Below are positions 1 through 10,182 of a stretch of DNA of 64,000 nucleotides, in pieces. The translations under genes and the position numbers were made by a program. The stretch is from a virus (taxonomy: Duplodnaviria; Caudoviricetes): the IMG/VR virus record IMGVR_UViG_3300035180_001680; one strand, written 5' to 3'. Under the pieces are notes generated by a model. That model was not told the origin of the DNA, did not search any database, and saw only the letters and a list, made by a program, of their open reading frames with translations. The first letter of the stretch is position 1. Each line of letters opens with the position of its first letter.

Positions 1-248
1 ATCCCTGTTAAGGGAAGATACTTTGACAATAAGGGTCACGACTTCATTGCATTCACTATCCCCGAAGATGCCCCAAGTGTCAAACGAGAAGGTCCGTGTG
101 TGTGGTTAGATGAAATGTTAAAAACTATTGGACCCCCTGTTTGACTGTTGATTATTGATGCACTTGTGATGTATCACTCTTAAATTGGTTGACATTGACC
201 CTATTATGTGATATGATAGGGTCAATGAAATAAATAAAGAGCTCCCCG

Positions 249-821
249 ATGTCTCATGTTGATTTATACTGTGACGGATCATATTACAGCAGACACAAAA
301 AAGCTCAAACATTCTATTGTGGATATGCAGTCAGTGTAGTTGAGCAAGGAATTAGGACGTTTGCATTTGGGGCTGGTGATAGTACATCTAGTCCAAATAA
401 ATGGTCTAGCACCACAGCAGAACTACTCGCATTCAAAAGTGCATTGAATCACGCGTTATACATCAATGATCAACATACGACAATCAATATCTATAGTGAT
501 TGTGAGACAATTAACATAGTACTTAACAAAATTCTTCAACGCATCACTTATGGTGCATCTAATCCGTATGCAGATGTGGCACATCCAATAATATGGAAAC
601 AAATCATGTCAAGGTATGCTCTCTTAGATGCAAGAGTTGTTATTCGTCATATTGAGTCACATATGGTCGGCCCACGTATTCACCAACATCATGCAGAAGT
701 TGACAAATTGGCTAAAGTGTTTGCAACTAAGCGGTTGGTTGAACGATATGCAAAAATAGCGAAACTGTGGTATGATGGTACAACAAGAACCAACTTCTTG
801 TTGCCTTTTAGTTCGGCATAG
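249..821 (+). CDS. RNase H (RNase HI-like)
   Basis: Acidic tetrad in RNase H spacing: LYCDGS, TTAELLA, IYSDC, HIESH...EVDKLAK. Confidence 0.85.
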   Translation: MSHVDLYCDGSYYSRHKKAQTFYCGYAVSVVEQGIRTFAFGAGDSTSSPNKWSSTTAELLAFKSALNHALYINDQHTTINIYSDCETINIVLNKILQRITYGASNPYADVAHPIIWKQIMSRYALLDARVVIRHIESHMVGPRIHQHHAEVDKLAKVFATKRLVERYAKIAKLWYDGTTRTNFLLPFSSA

Positions 822-856
822 GGTAACATCGTAACATCTCTTTAATCGCACGAAAG

Positions 857-1258
857 TTGTTGATGAACATTCCGTTAGTTGGTTCAGTAGTACGCGTTGA
901 AGTTCCTAACTTCAGTGCTATGTTAACCAATCCAATCTTCAATGACTTACCTACCAGCAAGTTCTTTGAAGGAACTGTGATTCAAAATTCAGACTTCGAT
1001 GATCTGAAGTCGTTCTGTATTACAACACCAAATGAGAAATTTCCTATCCGGAATATCTTATTCAAGAATGTGATCAGTATCAATGGAGCGTCTGTTGATT
1101 ACAATGCTCAGACTACAGTCAAGACGGTTCAGGTTGCTGGATCCAATGGGAATGTGTATACTGTAGTGATTAATGGAGAGAAGTCAACCTGCACGTGTCC
1201 TCAGAATACATACAGACATCAAATGTGTAAACATATTAAACAAGTATTGGAGCTATAA
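857..1258 (+). CDS. SWIM zinc-finger protein
   Basis: C-terminal GSNGNVYTV...CTCP...CKHI matches SWIM CxCxnCxH. Confidence 0.75.
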   Translation: MLMNIPLVGSVVRVEVPNFSAMLTNPIFNDLPTSKFFEGTVIQNSDFDDLKSFCITTPNEKFPIRNILFKNVISINGASVDYNAQTTVKTVQVAGSNGNVYTVVINGEKSTCTCPQNTYRHQMCKHIKQVLEL

Positions 1259-1600
1259 TGTGTATTATTACGTGGTTGTTGATCTGGTTCCTTGTTGGAG
1301 TTGTTGTGGCTATAATCGTTGGTAATGTTATTCACTTCGCTGCTGGTGAAGATGAATCTGTTGACCTTTAACCCTAAATACTATACAATATCATTTCTGT
1401 CAATAAGGAGTTGTAAAAATGTCTAAGACCTTCACTTCCCGTCATCTCAACGAGACTCTGAAGCGTTGTAAGAATGGTGCACATGAACCAAAGTCTGGAC
1501 ATCACACCAAGCGTGCTATCCAAGCGGAAGAGTTCCGTAAAGAAGTCAGGAACAGTAGACGCATTCAAGACTATTGAAACTCTGTTGACTTACCCTATCA

Positions 1601-1822
1601 TTGGGGTATAATAGACTCATCTTACGTACAAGGAAGAATGAAATGGGTGTTACTACTCGCTTTAATGAATTTCTGGATTGGTTGGATGGTTGTTTTGAGA
1701 TTGGATTCGAGGTTGTTGACATCAAAGAAGACCACAAAGAGTACTTCTTTGAAACGGATGGTCACAAAATAGCATATTGGGATCGAGAACATGGGTTCGG
1801 TTATGTTGTCTTTGAATGTTAA
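1601..1822 (+). CDS. hypothetical protein
   Basis: ORF co-oriented with neighbours; probable start at internal ATG after AAGAA. Confidence 0.5.
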   Translation: MGYNRLILRTRKNEMGVTTRFNEFLDWLDGCFEIGFEVVDIKEDHKEYFFETDGHKIAYWDREHGFGYVVFEC

Positions 1823-1872
1823 TATTCAACCAACAGAAATTTGTATGAAACACTCTCATGAAGGAATGAACA

Positions 1873-2115
1873 ATGAAACGAATTCTCAAAACGAAGTGGT
1901 ATGTTGTAGATGTGAGTTCCTTTCAACAGAAGGATGTTGTAGTCAAAGGACCTTTTAACACAGCCAGTGATGCAGCAGTGGAAAAAGAACCTGATGATGG
2001 ACCATGTATCAGTCAAATTATCCTTCGTGGCAACACGTGTTTACATGAAGGTATTGATTGGTGGTTCAATCAAAAAGGGTTGGTTCCTCGTTCTGGTTTG
2101 ACTGTTGCCTCTTAA
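1873..2115 (+). CDS. hypothetical protein
   Basis: AAGGA RBS, ATG, co-oriented. Confidence 0.6.
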   Translation: MKRILKTKWYVVDVSSFQQKDVVVKGPFNTASDAAVEKEPDDGPCISQIILRGNTCLHEGIDWWFNQKGLVPRSGLTVAS

Positions 2116-2164
2116 CCCTAATTGTTGTACAATGGCTTCATTGAATAACTAAACAGGAACTGAG

Positions 2165-2512
2165 ATGACCTCAATTGTGACTCGTGAATCACTTCAGATG
2201 ATGTTAAACAACACCAATCCGGTGTATGTTCAGAAAGTTGTCGGTCGTGCATTAGTTGCTCTGCTTCAACGGCAAACTGAAGAAGAACGTGCTGAGAATA
2301 CGACAAAAGTTCACAACTCTATTGGTTTTACTGGCTCCGATGGTCATAGTGGTTGCTTAACTGCAAAGTATTTTATGAAACATGGCAAGTTGGAAGACTG
2401 GATGGTTCAAAATTGGACCAAAATTGGTAGTAAGGGAACATCTCGTTTAACCAAGTATCATGCTCAACTTAATCAAATCGCTGTTGAGAAACAAAGTAAG
2501 AGGAACAGTTAA
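2165..2512 (+). CDS. hypothetical phage protein
   Basis: Follows promoter 2105-2133, AGGA RBS. Confidence 0.75.
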   Translation: MTSIVTRESLQMMLNNTNPVYVQKVVGRALVALLQRQTEEERAENTTKVHNSIGFTGSDGHSGCLTAKYFMKHGKLEDWMVQNWTKIGSKGTSRLTKYHAQLNQIAVEKQSKRNS

Positions 2513-2707
2513 ATGACTGCTACTATCATCGAATTCATCCCCAAATCAACCCCTGTTGTTACGAATCATACACATGGTGTTGTTATCAATCTTCAGGTTA
2601 AGAGAGATACTTTACTAGTAAAGCAACGTAATGAAAAAATCCAACATGAGATTAGCAGTATAAGACAATACTTCCATGATTGGTTTGGTTATTACCCATT
2701 AGCATAA
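2513..2707 (+). CDS. hypothetical protein
   Basis: ATG abuts the upstream stop codon. Confidence 0.5.
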   Translation: MTATIIEFIPKSTPVVTNHTHGVVINLQVKRDTLLVKQRNEKIQHEISSIRQYFHDWFGYYPLA

Positions 2708-3246
2708 GTAAAAAGATGAACCCGACTAAGATTAACCGTAATTCATGGCACTATAAACTATTGGAAGAATTTCACGGAGCAAACTCTGTTGAATATGCTG
2801 AATCTTTGTGTGACTACACGAGGTTGTGTGTAATAGCATTTCTTGTAACATTTCTTGTATTAGGTCTCACGTTGGTGATCGCGGTGATCGCTCTCATTCT
2901 AGCATGGTTCATGTTAGTGGGGACAGGAAATCTCATCGGTTGGTTTATGGTTGTTATGTTATCACCTTACAGTTTTGGTTATTTCACTCAACATATTCCT
3001 CTTACGCCGTTGTATCAAGCTGTGGCAATAGTTGATGCTGGGTTACTGATATTATACCTTTGGAACATTTTTTCATTCGAAGAGATTCGTAATCACATGA
3101 AGTCAAAGAAAGAAGAACCATATCGAAAAAAATATTCCGAACCAGGAATTGTGTCATTAATGTGGGACAGTTGGAAGAACAAAATATGTGTTCCAATTGA
3201 GTTCGAAGGTGGTGATAAAGACAATTCAGAACACGAAGGTTACTGA
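2680..3246 (+). CDS. membrane protein
   Basis: Long hydrophobic segments (LCVIAFLVTFLV...LILAWFML; AIVDAGLLILYLW). Confidence 0.7.
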   Translation: MVWLLPISISKKMNPTKINRNSWHYKLLEEFHGANSVEYAESLCDYTRLCVIAFLVTFLVLGLTLVIAVIALILAWFMLVGTGNLIGWFMVVMLSPYSFGYFTQHIPLTPLYQAVAIVDAGLLILYLWNIFSFEEIRNHMKSKKEEPYRKKYSEPGIVSLMWDSWKNKICVPIEFEGGDKDNSEHEGY

Positions 3247-3327
3247 TTTCTCACAAAAAGTCAACAGTTGCCATTTTACCTTCATTGAGAGATAATGTCT
3301 CTATTGAATAACTAAACGGACACAGAA

Positions 3328-4056
3328 ATGAGCCTCTCTGCGGAACAAAAACAATTGGTAATTCGAACCGTTGCCCATTTCACAGAAATGGGCAACAAGA
3401 AATTCGGTATCAACATGGCTGTTCCTACAACTCTTTTTAATAAGAGAGGAACTACTGCTGGTGAAGCCTCTTATAGTACACACACAGTCAATTTCAATGC
3501 TGATATGTGTGCTCAAAACTTCGATGAGTTTATCAACCAGGTTGTTCCACATGAGGTTGCCCACCTCGTTACACATGAAAAGTACAGCAAAGGTACCAAA
3601 CGATTCAACAACGTAAAAGCTCATGGACATGAATGGCGTCATGTTATGGTTACATTTGGCTTGTCACCTGACCGTTGTCATAAAATGGACGTCAGTGAGT
3701 TCAAACAACAACGAACCAAATATGAATATGTGTGCCCATCGTGTGGTCGCAGCTACAAAGTTGGTGGAAAGATTCACAACAATATTCAGGGTGGTAAAGT
3801 TTACGTCTGTAAATGCAAAGGTCGTTTATCACCAAATAGTGTGGTAGGTGTCCAAGCACCTACTGCCAAAAAGAAAGTGGAAACTACTACTGTCACCACT
3901 TCACGTGAAGGTTCCAAAAAGGATCGTGCAGAACGATTATACGCTGATTTCTCAACCAAAAGCCGTGAATTCATCATTACACTATTCATGAGTGAGTTGG
4001 ACATGACCAAGGCAGGTGCGTCCACTTACTACGCAAATTGTAAGAAGAAGTTTTAA
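3328..4056 (+). CDS. SprT-like zinc metalloprotease with C-terminal repeated helical domain
   Basis: PHEVAH zinc motif, HGHEWRHVM, YxCxxC, plus C-terminal MTKAGASTYYANCKK. Confidence 0.85.
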   Translation: MSLSAEQKQLVIRTVAHFTEMGNKKFGINMAVPTTLFNKRGTTAGEASYSTHTVNFNADMCAQNFDEFINQVVPHEVAHLVTHEKYSKGTKRFNNVKAHGHEWRHVMVTFGLSPDRCHKMDVSEFKQQRTKYEYVCPSCGRSYKVGGKIHNNIQGGKVYVCKCKGRLSPNSVVGVQAPTAKKKVETTTVTTSREGSKKDRAERLYADFSTKSREFIITLFMSELDMTKAGASTYYANCKKKF

Positions 4057-4244
4057 AAAGGTTGACATTGTTCCCCTATTGTGGGATAATGACTTTGTTG
4101 AAACGATAACAGTGAAAAGAAATGAACACAACCTTCTCTTTGCGTGAAACTGCAACAATCCTAACGATCAGCCTGATGTAGGCTGCACTGTCGTTCAAGG
4201 GTATCGAAATCGTTTATCATCTGTTTGCTAATTAAGGAACTAAT

Positions 4245-4592
4245 ATGCTCTACATAATGGTGGCTCATCATTACAACGCGAAGCGGAATACTGTTGCCGA
4301 AATCATGAAGGAGGAGGGTGAGCGGAATGAATACTCCATCGTTGTCGGTCGTCGTGAAGTTGGATACGACTCATATACTCCTTGTTACGTAATCGGTGCA
4401 GGTAATGAATCGGGTCTGAGGTTGGGTGAAACCAAATACACTCAAGACACTGGAGTGGGTTACATGCACAACGGAAAACGTTTTGTCGTCGAAAACGTAA
4501 TCTACATCAAAAAAGGTATTATTTGTCTTAAACAAAATGATATTGGACTCAATAGTAACGACGCTCGTCGTAGCACTTGGGTGTTCAAGTAA
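4245..4592 (+). CDS. hypothetical protein
   Basis: AAGGA RBS, intact ORF. Confidence 0.65.
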   Translation: MLYIMVAHHYNAKRNTVAEIMKEEGERNEYSIVVGRREVGYDSYTPCYVIGAGNESGLRLGETKYTQDTGVGYMHNGKRFVVENVIYIKKGIICLKQNDIGLNSNDARRSTWVFK

Positions 4593-4721
4593 TCATTGAC
4601 ATTGCCACGGAGACATGAGATAATGTCTCCGTGGTTAGGGGTGGCAAACTCAAGGAATGACTTGTTGACTTCTTTACCCTGTTAATATACAATAACACAT
4701 CAGTTAAATAAAGAGGCAAAA

Positions 4722-5048
4722 ATGATTAATTTGAATGAAACTCCTGAAAAAGTTTTGACTCTTGTTGATGGAGAACATGTTACCGTTGATGGCATTGAAC
4801 TCGTGGTAACTGTTGATGATTTCGATTGGGTTCGTGATCCTATCAGTAACGCTCCAAAGATTTACTTGACCACAGTTGATAGTCGAATAGATGAATACAA
4901 CGAACTGAACAAACTATCTGAGGATGGTTACAACTATCCAGAATATTCAGAATATATTCGTCATCTTCGAGATGTACTAGGGCTAGCTTCAATGTCCAAA
5001 GAACATATGGTTGATACCATCAAAACAAAACAATACATGATCGGTTGA
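4722..5048 (+). CDS. hypothetical protein
   Basis: Follows promoter 4665-4693, GAGG RBS. Confidence 0.7.
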   Translation: MINLNETPEKVLTLVDGEHVTVDGIELVVTVDDFDWVRDPISNAPKIYLTTVDSRIDEYNELNKLSEDGYNYPEYSEYIRHLRDVLGLASMSKEHMVDTIKTKQYMIG

Positions 5049-5100
5049 CTTCCAACCAACATTAGGGGATAATGTCTTCATCAACTGAAGAAAGAACAAA

Positions 5101-5469
5101 ATGAAATATATCTCCTGTTTTGATGGTTTGTTCGAAGTCGAAGACGGTCGTGATTCCATCATTGTTACTCTTCGTGATGTGAAGAAAGGTGGACATTTCA
5201 CAATCCTTCGTGATGAGTACAACAGAATCCTTGCAGGTCAACATGGTATATTTAAACTTGTTAACACTCCTGAAACGTTTCCCACCAAAGAACGTCCTAT
5301 CATCACCAGTAAATCTGGTACAAAGGCTGAACGCGCTATTGACATCTACAAGTCACTTGGTGTCAACCCTGACAAACAACTGGTCATTTCTTCGTTCATC
5401 GAGCAGTTGAACATGACCAAACAAGGTGCAACAACGTACTACTATAACACAAAAAAATCTTGTCAATAA
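5101..5469 (+). CDS. hypothetical protein with C-terminal MTKQGATTYYYN domain
   Basis: Follows promoter 5045-5073; C-terminus resembles the SprT C-terminus. Confidence 0.75.
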   Translation: MKYISCFDGLFEVEDGRDSIIVTLRDVKKGGHFTILRDEYNRILAGQHGIFKLVNTPETFPTKERPIITSKSGTKAERAIDIYKSLGVNPDKQLVISSFIEQLNMTKQGATTYYYNTKKSCQ

Positions 5470-5714
5470 TGTTTGAACCAACTCAATGTAATTGGCCTGA
5501 ATTCAGAAAGATGGCAAAAGATTTACTTGATGCCATTCCTACTCTTGAAAACAACCAAATCAATGATGAACTCAAACGTCTACATCTTGCCTATCTTGGA
5601 ATGAAAGGTGATGACCACGAAGTGTATCAAGCAATAATTGTTCTTCGTGTTGTGAATGAACAAGCTTTCAAAAAGCAGTTGAACATTCAAGAAATCTACA
5701 GTAAAATACCTTAA
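5460..5714 (+). CDS. hypothetical protein
   Basis: Overlaps upstream stop; probable start 5469. Confidence 0.6.
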   Translation: MSIMFEPTQCNWPEFRKMAKDLLDAIPTLENNQINDELKRLHLAYLGMKGDDHEVYQAIIVLRVVNEQAFKKQLNIQEIYSKIP

Positions 5715-5960
5715 ACAAATAAGGAATGCAACGATTCAGTAACGAGGTAACATGTACACAATCACAACAGACTACCGAGAAGTAATAGAACTTCTCAAGA
5801 ATCCCAAAGCAAAGTTAGTGGGATGGCCTTCTACTCTTAAAATAGAAGACAATAAGTTTGTAGTATTTCTTCCAAAGGAACTACATTGATACCCCACGAT
5901 GAGATGGTTAACAAGTGGTGGTGTTGGGATATCAATAAAATGCTTGACCCTTAACTGATT

Positions 5961-6164
5961 ATGTGGGATAATGTTTTTACCGTAACAAACAAGAGAACTA
6001 CCATGTACGACAGTATTACTGAAGAAGAAATGTTTCAATCTATTAAGGACGGTCAAGTAAGCAAAGCAGATTTCATAGCGTGGGTGAAGGCAAAATGTAA
6101 ACTCGAGTTCCTCGAAGGTTTCGAAGATGGATACCAAGCAGGTATGGACAACGTAATCGACTAA
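5961..6164 (+). CDS. hypothetical protein
   Basis: Follows promoter 5944-5972; probable start is MYDSIT. Confidence 0.55.
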   Translation: MWDNVFTVTNKRTTMYDSITEEEMFQSIKDGQVSKADFIAWVKAKCKLEFLEGFEDGYQAGMDNVID

Positions 6165-6222
6165 CTGTTGATCTGCGAATGAATTCATGCTACTATATCA
6201 AAAATAATAAGGAGATAGTAGC

Positions 6223-6531
6223 ATGACACCAGTCGAAACCCGAGAACAATACAAAGTAACAAGTTTGTTTGACTGTGGAATAGACCTCGTAAGAAAGTAC
6301 ATTTGGATCAAGGATCTTGGACAGGTTGGATTTCGCAGTGTTACGAACGATGCCGAAAATGTCGTCCCTTATGTGCTGTGGTTGTTCAACGGAAACTATC
6401 CCATAATTTATCGCGATAGTCAAGGTGTATGGGATCAAATTCTTCACGATGGAAAGAAATTTACACGATTTCATAGTTTGGGTCAAGCGAAAAATCTTGA
6501 AGAAGTAATCAAAAGGTTAGTTGTATCGTAG
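6223..6531 (+). CDS. hypothetical protein
   Basis: AAGGAG RBS. Confidence 0.7.
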   Translation: MTPVETREQYKVTSLFDCGIDLVRKYIWIKDLGQVGFRSVTNDAENVVPYVLWLFNGNYPIIYRDSQGVWDQILHDGKKFTRFHSLGQAKNLEEVIKRLVVS

Positions 6532-6581
6532 TCTTATTCATAGTATTATGACTTTTCTAACTTAATATAAGGAATTAACTT

Positions 6582-6866
6582 ATGACTCCCTCTCCACAAA
6601 ACGTCATCGAACAAATCAACAATATGTTTGATGAGGAACGGAGTAACCTGTTCGTTCAACTATATTATCGTTGGCAAGATGAAAAACAGTATGAAGACAT
6701 CAAGGATTATCAAACTGTAATCCAACAAAACGTCCCTGTCAACTTCAAAGTTCAAAAGATGACAAAACGTCCATTCGGTTTTCATTTCAAAGTCAACGAA
6801 TTTCCTGAAGCAACATATTCAATTTCTGTTAATAGCAAAAGTATGGGTTGGGGTCGCGTGGAGTAA
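6582..6866 (+). CDS. hypothetical protein
   Basis: AAGGA RBS. Confidence 0.7.
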   Translation: MTPSPQNVIEQINNMFDEERSNLFVQLYYRWQDEKQYEDIKDYQTVIQQNVPVNFKVQKMTKRPFGFHFKVNEFPEATYSISVNSKSMGWGRVE

Positions 6867-6934
6867 TTTTGGTTGACATTTGGTCTTGATTGTGAGACAA
6901 TGACTTTATTGAAACAAACACAGAAAGAACACAA

Positions 6935-7435
6935 ATGACAAAGATCGAACAATTGATGACCCAAGTCAATGGTTCTACTTTCATCACAATCAACACTGAA
7001 ACTCCTATCAAGTTGACTGGTGGTCAAAAGAATCCTCTTCAAGGTCGTGTTACGAAACGAGTGGTCGGTTCGAATGTTATGGTGTTCCAAAATAAGACGA
7101 CCAATGCTTATGAAAATATGGTCAACAAACGTTTGGTCCAAGAAGGTTTCGAACCGAAATCGTTCTCTGTTGGACCCCGTACTTGGGGCACTCGTCGTAA
7201 AGACTCTCCTTTCATCGACCACGACGACAACGTTTATCTTGAAGTAATTTTCCTCAAACCAGGTGACGTTGAGTATTTGGTCGACGGTCAGAAGTTCGAA
7301 GGTCACATCGAAGGACTTCCTCAAAGTCGAAGTGAAGGTCAACAAGGTGGTCTTGAAAATAAAGTGATCATTCGAACCTACAACATCAACAGTATAAAGT
7401 CAATAACAATTAACAAACAACACTACATTCTGTGA
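6935..7435 (+). CDS. hypothetical phage protein
   Basis: Follows promoter 6873-6901; 166 aa; followed by hairpin 7444-7469. Confidence 0.75.
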   Translation: MTKIEQLMTQVNGSTFITINTETPIKLTGGQKNPLQGRVTKRVVGSNVMVFQNKTTNAYENMVNKRLVQEGFEPKSFSVGPRTWGTRRKDSPFIDHDDNVYLEVIFLKPGDVEYLVDGQKFEGHIEGLPQSRSEGQQGGLENKVIIRTYNINSIKSITINKQHYIL

Positions 7436-7525
7436 AATGTCAACAAGAGAGATCGAAAGATCTCTCTTGACTTTTGACCCGAATTGTTGGAAAATGATTT
7501 TGTTTGCTAATCAACCGAGACTATC

Positions 7526-7738
7526 ATGAGCACTGGTTATTCGTTACACTGTTCGGGTTTTGTTAGGTTGAATTGCAAGTGACGATTTCATGGAAGGACA
7601 AAGTGGGTAGGTAGAGGGTTACTAGTAATCAATTCCGACAGTGATGATCGGATGTTGATAGGACGATATGTCGTCTTTTCTGGTAACTCATCAAGAATCC
7701 AAACAGTTCTTGACGCACTAGATTTTGATGAAGAATAG
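7526..7738 (+). pseudogene. small ORF interrupted by in-frame TGA (7580-7582)
   Basis: MSTGYSLHCSGFVRLNCK*RFHGRTKW...DFDEE* reads on in frame; lies downstream of promoter 7467-7495. Confidence 0.35.
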
Positions 7739-7797
7739 TTGACATTGTTACCCTAATGTAGGACAATGTCTTTGTTGAAACGAACTAAATCAATGTC

Positions 7798-8199
7798 ATG
7801 TCCGATATGAAAAAAGTTTGGCGTGTTGAAAATTCCAAAGGTGTTGGAATGTACAACTGGGGAACCACAGCCCTAAATCACATGGGAGGGGGAAAACGAC
7901 ATCCTGGTCCATCTTCTGTAAATCAAAATACTGATTTTGGTATTAGTTATTTTTTTGACTATATTCTTTCAGCAAAAGAAGTCCGTAATTGGAAGTTTGG
8001 CTTTGCTTCTTTGGAACAAGCGAAACGTTGGATTTACAGTGCACAGATTCGTAGGCTACTTCGCAACGAGGGGCACTTACTGAACTGCTATGAAGTTCCA
8101 AAAGATTCATTTCACAAAAGTTATCACCAAGCCATATTCGATAGTTCCAAAGCAAAACTAATCGAGACAAGATGTGTTACGTTTTGGGATGAACGTTGA
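7798..8199 (+). CDS. hypothetical protein, possibly ADP-ribosyltransferase-like fold
   Basis: VWRVE...HPGP...FGFASLEQAKRW pattern; the ORF is secure, the fold call is weak. Confidence 0.6.
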   Translation: MSDMKKVWRVENSKGVGMYNWGTTALNHMGGGKRHPGPSSVNQNTDFGISYFFDYILSAKEVRNWKFGFASLEQAKRWIYSAQIRRLLRNEGHLLNCYEVPKDSFHKSYHQAIFDSSKAKLIETRCVTFWDER

Positions 8200-8250
8200 T
8201 GTAACAAGTGTGAAGAGGACTCGAGAAAAAGTCAATGGTATATTAGTACT

Positions 8251-8350
8251 GTTGACTTTTATTTTGTGTTCTAAAACTTGACTTGTATACCTCTCCCCTG
8301 AATCTTGATTTCATAAAGACATTATACCTCAAACTGTCCCAAAAGTCAAC
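8251..8350 (-). repeat. Element copy A (promoter plus short transcript-like core)
   Basis: 8285-8350 is identical to 9431-9496 (66 bp); minus strand reads TTGACT-17-TATAAT. Confidence 0.9.
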
Positions 8351-8413
8351 TGTTGACTCTTTACCTCAAATGTTGGACAATGTCCTCATTGAATAATTCA
8401 ACTGGAGATAGAA

Positions 8414-8665
8414 ATGTTCGCTACTAAACAAGACTTCACTGATGTACTCAAAAACAATGTGTGTCGTGTTGTCTTTCGTAAGAAGGATAGTTCCGAACGT
8501 GTGATGTACTGCACTCTTCAACACAACGTCATTGAAAGTAATGGGTTGACTCCTAATGGAACTGGTCCTATCGTTCCTGACAATCAGGTTCGTTGTATCG
8601 ATACTAACCTTATGGAGTGGAGAAGTTTCAACATCGATACTGTACTTCAGTTTGAGGTGGTGTAG
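8414..8665 (+). CDS. WYL_2/DUF2693-like Sm/SH3 beta-barrel protein
   Basis: VVFRKKDSSERVMYCTL...DTNLMEWRSF pattern; GGAG RBS. Confidence 0.7.
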   Translation: MFATKQDFTDVLKNNVCRVVFRKKDSSERVMYCTLQHNVIESNGLTPNGTGPIVPDNQVRCIDTNLMEWRSFNIDTVLQFEVV

Positions 8666-9378
8666 TAGACAGACACTACTGTTTACTAGTAAGCAACTTT
8701 CAAAAATAATCACTTTCAGAACCTATCTCATTTTATTTTTCACATATCTGAATCCTCTCTCTTCAGATAGCTCTTTAAGGGGAAGCATCATGCTTCCCCT
8801 CTTTTTTGAGCGTAGCACTCACTCCAAACACAAAGACACAAAGATGTACACATAACACAAATGGGAAGATAATTGACTACCCAGCAGCAAGGAATGCTAC
8901 CAATTATAGACATTCATACAACACACAGCAGTGTCTGAAACGTACAACAGTATTGTATTGGGTTGATGATTACTGAATGAGGGTAAGTGTACTCAATGTA
9001 TTGAACTGATTATTCAACCACACCAACAATTATGAAGTGTGTACCTTTATTCTGTCTACTTGGTAAAGGGAAACGTGATACCCGACACACATGGGTAAAC
9101 ATGGAAGGTTGGGTTGTTGGGTACAATGAGAGACGGTATGGTAAGACAGTGTTCACATACTGAATGTAATCACTGTGGTGAACAACCTACAAAGAGAGCA
9201 AAAATTTGGACCCTTTTCAGTTATAATCAAAGTTATATACCTATAACTTTTACTGATCAACACGAGTTCTTATCAAATTTGTGTATCTCCCGATCAGGTT
9301 TACTTATCACGACGGGGGGTTGAAAAATGTGGGGTGGGGTGAGTAAGTGAGGTGAGATTAGAGTGGTCTTGTTTGAAA

Positions 9379-9496
9379 GTCAACTGTTGATCTTTTTATT
9401 TTTCGTTAAAACTGACCTGTACTCGAGATCGTATACCTCTCCCCTGAATCTTGATTTCATAAAGACATTATACCTCAAACTGTCCCAAAAGTCAAC
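9379..9496 (-). repeat. Element copy B
   Basis: 9431-9496 equals copy A core; 9379-9424 is the exact reverse complement of 9862-9907. Confidence 0.9.
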
Positions 9497-9560
9497 AGTT
9501 GACTTTTTCTTAAAAGGGTAATACAATATCTTTTCTAAAACGTTATAAAGAGAGAAAGAA

Positions 9561-9755
9561 ATGACAGTACTACAACTGATCAAGTCTCTGATGTCTGTCG
9601 AAGACAAATCCATTAATGTAATTATTACGGTTGAGTCGGGGTTGAGTTGTTTATCTTCAAGTGATGTGTTCGGTCAAGAAACATACAGAGAAGATGAAAA
9701 TGGTGAGTCGTATAACGTTTTTGTTATCGAAGGTGAAGAGACAAGTTTCGAGTAA
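9561..9755 (+). CDS. hypothetical protein
   Basis: Follows promoter 9499-9527; lies between copies B and C. Confidence 0.6.
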   Translation: MTVLQLIKSLMSVEDKSINVIITVESGLSCLSSSDVFGQETYREDENGESYNVFVIEGEETSFE

Positions 9756-9791
9756 TTATCTTTAAAGAAAAAGTCAACGATGAAATGTTCG

Positions 9792-9907
9792 TTGACTTTT
9801 TCCCCTTTTAGAGAGATAATGTACTCGAAATCAGGAATTCAGGGGAGAGGTATGGAGTTTAGAGTACAGGTCAGTTTTAACGAAAAATAAAAAGATCAAC
9901 AGTTGAC
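9792..9907 (+). repeat. Element copy C (points toward the C-free cassette)
   Basis: TTGACT 9792-9797, 17 bp, GATAAT 9815-9820; 9811-9885 is an inverted repeat of 11769-11843 with 1 mismatch. Confidence 0.9.
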
Positions 9908-10026
9908 TTCTTTAAGTTCTTGGTGTTCGAATTTCAAAACATACTCTATACAAAAAGTCAACTGATTAATTCTGAAACATACTTTATACAAAAAGTCAAC
10001 TTTTATTAATTAAAATAGATGGGGTA

Positions 10027-10054
10027 TTGTGTTTTTGTGTGGGTGTGGTAGAAT
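10027..10054 (+). promoter_or_regulatory. C-free extended -10 promoter (TTGTGT...TGG TAGAAT)
   Basis: Near-identical copy at 11401-11429 with a 17-bp spacer; a third TAGAAT at 10129-10134. Confidence 0.65.
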
Positions 10055-10182
10055 GGGGGTGTGGTGTGTAGGGGGTGTAAAGTATTGTTTTTAGTGAGAA
10101 AGTTGTGGAGTTTTTTGAAAGTTTGTAGTAGAATGTTTGTGTTGTTGAGAGAGAAGTTAATTTGATTTTTAGGAGAGTGAAA

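Noticed and set aside
189-4634. N4-type virion RNA polymerase hairpin promoters
   Set aside because: The sites carry full sigma70 -35/-10 boxes and lack the short 3-nt-loop N4 hairpin.
9852-9890. Conserved micropeptide (MEFRVQVSFNEK) in the four-copy element
   Set aside because: The ATG is present only in copies C and D; copies A and B have GTATAC at that position.
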